Origin: Minisyncoccia bacterium | Lineage (GTDB): Bacteria > Patescibacteriota > Minisyncoccia > Phycocordibacterales > UBA918 | DNA: 64,000 nucleotides | NCBI GenBank assembly: GCA_046598345.1 | Contig: JBKJIT010000004.1 | Location: forward strand, 2,499-66,498 | Direction: 5' to 3' | In this document: positions 59,695 through 64,000 of the stretch, in pieces | Layout: every line of letters begins with the position of its first letter | How positions within the stretch are numbered: the first letter of the stretch is position 1 | Position numbers and translations under genes: made by a program | The notes under the pieces: model-generated | The model's input: the letters and a program-made list of their open reading frames with translations, nothing else | What the model was told of the DNA's origin: nothing | Database searches by the model: none

Positions 59695-60222
59695 ATGACA
59701 AAAAAACAACAGCGTCTACACGCATTACTTTCGGAAGCGTACGAGACTCATGCAAAAAGCTTGAGGAAGCACGCAATTTTTAAACTTAATAATATTCCGT
59801 TAGCAGACGATCTTGTTCAAGAAACATTTTTTAAAGCGTGGAAGTATCTATTGCGACAAGGGGAAATCGAGATGATGCACGCATTTCTCTATCATGTGCT
59901 CGATGGACTCATCATTGATCAATACCGTAAAGCGAAGCGCAAGGTAGTGTCACTCGATGTCTTGCTTGAGTCTGGATACGAACCGTGTGCGATTGATTAT
60001 GAGCGTGAATACAATGTGTTTGACGGCAAGGAGGCATTCCAGCTTACAAAACAACTCTCATCTCATTACCAAGAAGTACTGACGATGCGGTATATGAAAG
60101 GATTGTCGCTTGGTGAAATGGCTGAAATTACTGGTCAATCGAAGAATACGATGGCAGTTCAGACACACCGAGGTCTTGGAAAGTTGCGCGAACTGTACTT
60201 TGCGCGCTTTACAACTGCGTAA
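59695..60222 (+). CDS. ECF RNA polymerase sigma factor
   Basis: ADDLVQETFFKAW, IIDQYRK, region 4 LSLGEMAE...HRGLGKLR. Confidence 0.92.
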   Translation: MTKKQQRLHALLSEAYETHAKSLRKHAIFKLNNIPLADDLVQETFFKAWKYLLRQGEIEMMHAFLYHVLDGLIIDQYRKAKRKVVSLDVLLESGYEPCAIDYEREYNVFDGKEAFQLTKQLSSHYQEVLTMRYMKGLSLGEMAEITGQSKNTMAVQTHRGLGKLRELYFARFTTA

Positions 60223-60228
60223 TCTAAT

Positions 60229-61041
60229 TTAAGTATTACACGCCGCTACCGATCCTGTTGTATAGCCCTCGTTAAACGCTGCGACGCGAGCTTCAGATGA
60301 TCCATGTGTCCAAGATTCCGGATTTACTCGCCCGTTTACTTTCGACTGAATACGGTCGTCTCCAACAGCCGCCGCCGCATCAATCGCTTCACTAATTTCC
60401 CCGGCCTCAAACACTCCTACATCGCGTATGGAGTACGCCCAAAGTCCTGCAAAGCAATCTGCCTGAAGTTCTTGGGCAATGGATTCTTCATTCGTAGCAA
60501 CCTGTGTGCTACCGAAGAGTTGTTGCTGCGCGTGGTGTCCTACTTCGTGCGCAATGACATATGCTTGCGCTACGTCGCCACCCTGTGCGCCGAACCGAGC
60601 AGTGAGTTCTTCAAAGAACGTTTCGTCTAGATATATGGTCGCATCGAGTGGACAGTAATGTGGACCAACACGCGCATCTGCTCCACCGCACGCTGACTCT
60701 GTCGCACCTCGAAAGAGGACGAGTGTCGGCTCTCCGTACGTTTTGTTGTTCGCATTAAAGATTTGTGTCCACATTTCATTTGCTGAACCGAGCACCTGTG
60801 ACGCAAAGAGTTCATACTGATCTTCTCCTTCATAAACTGAAGCCTCGTATGACGAAGCTGGCTCCTCTATAGCAACTCCCTGTAGCCCACCTAAAATATC
60901 TCCCATACTTGCGCCGCTTAAATAACTAATCACGAGATAAATCGCGAGCCCCGTTAGACCCAAGCCTCCGCCAATAACGCCGGGATTCATACGTCTATCC
61001 TGTACGTTTCCACGACTTCCAATTTTCTCCCAATTAGCCAT
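60229..61041 (-). CDS. Neutral zinc metallopeptidase (YpfJ-like)
   Basis: GPHYCP, AHEVGHH, ELQADC, AVGDD, THGSS. Confidence 0.92.
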   Translation of the reverse strand: MANWEKIGSRGNVQDRRMNPGVIGGGLGLTGLAIYLVISYLSGASMGDILGGLQGVAIEEPASSYEASVYEGEDQYELFASQVLGSANEMWTQIFNANNKTYGEPTLVLFRGATESACGGADARVGPHYCPLDATIYLDETFFEELTARFGAQGGDVAQAYVIAHEVGHHAQQQLFGSTQVATNEESIAQELQADCFAGLWAYSIRDVGVFEAGEISEAIDAAAAVGDDRIQSKVNGRVNPESWTHGSSEARVAAFNEGYTTGSVAACNT

Positions 61042-61165
61042 ACTTCTAGGCCGAAAGTGAGTGGAGGTTGTTACATATATTTGAGTGTAACTGATTCGCT
61101 CCGTTCACGGCAGGTTAGGAGTAGGTCCTCGTAATTATTCATGTACTAATGAATTACATAATTTT

Positions 61166-61315
61166 ATGTTTGACACACCTCTCAACATTCAAGATCGAGG
61201 CGCAGAAGATACCGATATGAAAGATAAGGAACGGGATCCAGATCAAGCACATAAGCGATCTGTAGAGAAACATGAAGAAGAGGCTTCTGAGTCGAGGGAT
61301 AACAGTATCGAATAG
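61166..61315 (+). CDS. 49-aa highly charged small ORF
   Basis: MFDTPLNIQDRGAEDTDMKDKERD...NSIE* followed by a bidirectional hairpin at about 61333-61378. Confidence 0.4.
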   Translation: MFDTPLNIQDRGAEDTDMKDKERDPDQAHKRSVEKHEEEASESRDNSIE

Positions 61316-61404
61316 CGATACGACCTAAACCCTGCACGCACTATAAAGCGCCCGTGAGGGCGCTTTATAGTGCGTGCAGGGAAGGGGTCTTTCTGTGAGG
61401 TTTG

Positions 61405-61782
61405 TTATTGTCCGGCCTCGGTATGATCGAAAAATACGACTTCTACATTATGTCCGTCTGCGTCATACACAAATGCAGCGTAGTACCCAGGCCAATATTC
61501 TTTTCGGTATCCTGGACCACCGTTGTCTTTTCCACCTTCTTCGAGTGCAACTTTGTAAAACGCTTCCACTTGCTCTTTATTCTTTGCTGTAAATGCAACG
61601 TGGGAAGGTGTTGATTCTTTTTCGTGCGTTGCAATCCAGAAGTCAGTGTTTTCTCCGTCATTGAACCCTGCGGCTTCTCCATATTCCATATTCTGCGTAT
61701 AGCCAAGTGTCGCCAAGATTTTTGTATAAAATGCTTTCGCTTTTTGGTAATCACGTACCGTGAGACTTGTGTGTGCAATCAT
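61405..61782 (-). CDS. VOC/glyoxalase family protein
   Basis: HTSLTVRD, HVAF, GGKDNGGPG, YYAAFVYDADGHNVE. Confidence 0.92.
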   Translation of the reverse strand: MIAHTSLTVRDYQKAKAFYTKILATLGYTQNMEYGEAAGFNDGENTDFWIATHEKESTPSHVAFTAKNKEQVEAFYKVALEEGGKDNGGPGYRKEYWPGYYAAFVYDADGHNVEVVFFDHTEAGQ

Positions 61783-61904
61783 AGAATGAGTGTGATGAAT
61801 AATAGGGAAGTATACATGCTGGTCTCGAAAGTGGAATTAAAAAAAGCCCGTCCGACCAAAGCCATAAGGCTTTTGGTCGGACGGGCTTAGCGCACCGCCC
61901 CGCG

Positions 61905-62273
61905 TTACGCGAAGTTCAGCACGTCGTCGGCGGGACGATGGAACACTTGCCCGCTCGAACTCTTGAGGCAGACCATGTGCTGATGACTGCGCCAGACGTT
62001 TTTGACGAATGTCGCAGTGTTTGGCACGCGGTCAGTTTTACGCGGCTTGCCCGTAATCAGCACCGTCGTACCGGCCCGAACGAAGTGCGGGTCGAACAAA
62101 GTGGCCCGTTCGTAGACCTTTTTGATGGGACTCGGCTCGGGCTGAACCTTTTTCTTGAGCAGCGCCGGAATTTCCGCAGCTTCCGGCCCAACTTCGTGCT
62201 CAACCATCAAGGGCATGCGGACGGGCTTGAACAACGAGAGCATTTTCTTCAGAATCGCGAGGAACAGGTTCAT
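61905..62273 (-). CDS. Orphan protein (SD-led unit)
   Basis: TTGACA-17-TATTAT, AAGGAG SD, long terminator 61839-61888. Confidence 0.65.
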   Translation of the reverse strand: MNLFLAILKKMLSLFKPVRMPLMVEHEVGPEAAEIPALLKKKVQPEPSPIKKVYERATLFDPHFVRAGTTVLITGKPRKTDRVPNTATFVKNVWRSHQHMVCLKSSSGQVFHRPADDVLNFA

Positions 62274-62435
62274 AGCTTTTCTCCTTGAATAGGGTTGAAA
62301 AACACTCACGCTGTGTGAGATATATATAATAGCATATTAAACGACTACTGTCAATAGGTCCATATTGGTTCAATAGCTTGTGAATTCATAGAAAAGGCCG
62401 CCCGAGGATACGGGCGGCCTTGGTGCGGCTTGTGC

Positions 62436-62942
62436 TTAGTGTTCACCTCCTTCTCCGAAAAGTTTCCATGAATCGAGAGAAGAAATTGGTGCAGCTCGCG
62501 CGGCACGGAGCACTTTCACGAGTGTTGGAAATTCCTGTGAGATTTCCTTGTAGTTAACACTTCTCGGAATGTTTCCCCTGGCGGCCAATCGCTCTGCGAG
62601 ACATGCGTATGCGACCTGCCCCATCTCACTGAAGTAGCCTTGACTCACGCGAAAGTGTATCGCTCTTTCCGGAAAAAGACCGGCGAGCAAGAGGGCCAGA
62701 TCCCCGGTCCATTGAAGTCGCGTATTTCCGAGTTCGCCAACTTCATAGACCGAATTTCTGAATGCCTCATATACACGTGTAGTTGCAATGCGTGTCTCTG
62801 TGATGTGTCCGTGGAGACATTCCACGAGGAAGCCGTGAAGTTGTATAGGGAGAGTTACGCGCGCACCGTGTTCTCCGTATCCCACGAGTTGAACAAACAG
62901 CGACCTTTCACCGTCAGTTCCATCTTGAGTAGCGAATAGCAT
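62436..62942 (-). CDS. Conserved hypothetical helical protein (SD-led unit)
   Basis: GDLALLLAGLFPE...YF..MG..AY motif; TTGAAT-16-TATGCT, AAGGAG SD. Confidence 0.7.
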   Translation of the reverse strand: MLFATQDGTDGERSLFVQLVGYGEHGARVTLPIQLHGFLVECLHGHITETRIATTRVYEAFRNSVYEVGELGNTRLQWTGDLALLLAGLFPERAIHFRVSQGYFSEMGQVAYACLAERLAARGNIPRSVNYKEISQEFPTLVKVLRAARAAPISSLDSWKLFGEGGEH

Positions 62943-63072
62943 GGTATGTCTCCTTATACAGTGACAAGATGCTTCTACACAAAGCATACTCTTCGCCTCG
63001 CAAAATTCAAAGGTATAGAATTTATAATAAAAAGCCGCCCGAGGATACGGGCGGCGAAAGTCGTAGCGTGAA

Positions 63073-64000
63073 TCACGCCGCGACGGTTTGAGTTGTGTTG
63101 TATACGCGATACCGAAGCGCCGCTTCCTTGGTGAAGTGCATGCGATTCCAGACCTTCTTACTTCGCTTCGAAGCCTTCCAATCCTTTTCCCACACGCATT
63201 CCTGCATCCACGGTGCGATGTACTGATTGTGCTCACCATGGAGGAAGTACGCTGCTTCGTCCGCTCTCGTCACGAATTGCACGAGAGGGATGAGGGTGTA
63301 GCGTAAACGCCTCACACGATCGTGTGCAAATTGCATGCCTGCATTCGTTTGGGGAACGCTTGTGTACTCGCCACGGAACCCTTGCGTATCGAGCGCTATT
63401 TCCATCGAGCTCACTTCGATCTTTTTCTTTGGACCCACGGCAACGGTTTTTCCACGAATGGAGTGCGTGGTACAAACCGTAATACCGAGAGCCGTAAGAC
63501 GCCTTACTTCGCCCCGGTAGAACTCCTGTTCATCGTGAAGACGCTTTGCGAGTAGCTTCAGGAGGAGATACGGAGCGCCGTAGATGCTCTGGCGACGATT
63601 CGGATGCACGTAGTGGAAGAATCCAACCTTCCCATCCTTCAGAATTCCAATCTTCTCGAAGAACTCCCGCTCCTTTGGGAGCGTATCCCACGAAATCTGT
63701 TGCCAGGACGAGTACCAGTCGCCGTTAACATCGACGATCATATAGTTCCGGTACGCACCACAAGTCTCGAGGTTAAGCACCGGGTTTTTCGCGACGATCG
63801 TTCGATCGACGATTCGAACCGAGAAGGAAAATGCCTTCTTGTGCGAGACGAGACCGACAATGTTGCCGAAGCTTTGTGTACCAATCTTGCGTTCGGTTTC
63901 ACAAACTCTCGTCTGACGACGGTTTTCGTACTCGGGAATTTCGATGACTGCATGTCGCAGGTAGAGCGGCACAAGAACCGAGAAGAGGTCGAGATCAGTC
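63073..64000 (-). CDS. Hypothetical protein, 5' end outside the window
   Basis: Frame remains open to the window edge; terminator 63029-63055. Confidence 0.7.
   Translation of the reverse strand, partial: TDLDLFSVLVPLYLRHAVIEIPEYENRRQTRVCETERKIGTQSFGNIVGLVSHKKAFSFSVRIVDRTIVAKNPVLNLETCGAYRNYMIVDVNGDWYSSWQQISWDTLPKEREFFEKIGILKDGKVGFFHYVHPNRRQSIYGAPYLLLKLLAKRLHDEQEFYRGEVRRLTALGITVCTTHSIRGKTVAVGPKKKIEVSSMEIALDTQGFRGEYTSVPQTNAGMQFAHDRVRRLRYTLIPLVQFVTRADEAAYFLHGEHNQYIAPWMQECVWEKDWKASKRSKKVWNRMHFTKEAALRYRVYNTTQTVAA

Noticed and set aside
62943-63239. N-terminal extension of ORF 62436-63239
   Set aside because: It overlaps the upstream gene, its terminator and a promoter; the SD supports a start at 62942.
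1-64000. Alternative genetic code 25 (TGA=Gly)
   Set aside because: Long conserved genes are intact under code 11, and TGA ends several genes at the expected C-termini (e.g. 27415, 43390).

Overview
Chromosomal segment of a small-genome bacterium, most likely Patescibacteria/CPR (Parcubacteria-like). This is inferred from the compact RpoB/RpoC, the Lys-rich RpoD N-terminus, CPR-style pilins and the gene repertoire; the genetic code is standard 11. Core genes: rpsP, khpA, trmD, rpoB, rpoC, dnaG, rpoD, a UvrD-PD-(D/E)XK helicase-nuclease, DsbA, uppP, hisS, prmC, an ABC-2 transporter, class I FBP aldolase, rpmG, truB-like, a DEAD-box helicase, a type IV pilus/T2SS-like cluster and an ECF sigma factor. 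No rRNA, tRNA, CRISPR array, integrase or transposase was recognised. The most notable signals are non-coding. (1) There appear to be two translation-initiation classes: conserved genes lack Shine-Dalgarno (SD) motifs and often start about 6-11 nt after a -10 box, whereas about 18 orphan ORFs or mini-ORFs are stand-alone units with a sigma70 promoter, C/A-rich leader, strong SD and their own terminator. (2) Three ~120-bp rod-shaped inverted repeats with conserved internal motifs and a covarying apical stem start at the stop codons of rpoC, rpoD and fba. (3) Several REP-like palindrome families are present. (4) A duplicated SLOG-domain gene flanks a Bax-inhibitor-1/YccA gene. All family assignments come from motif recognition by eye; no database searches were run.
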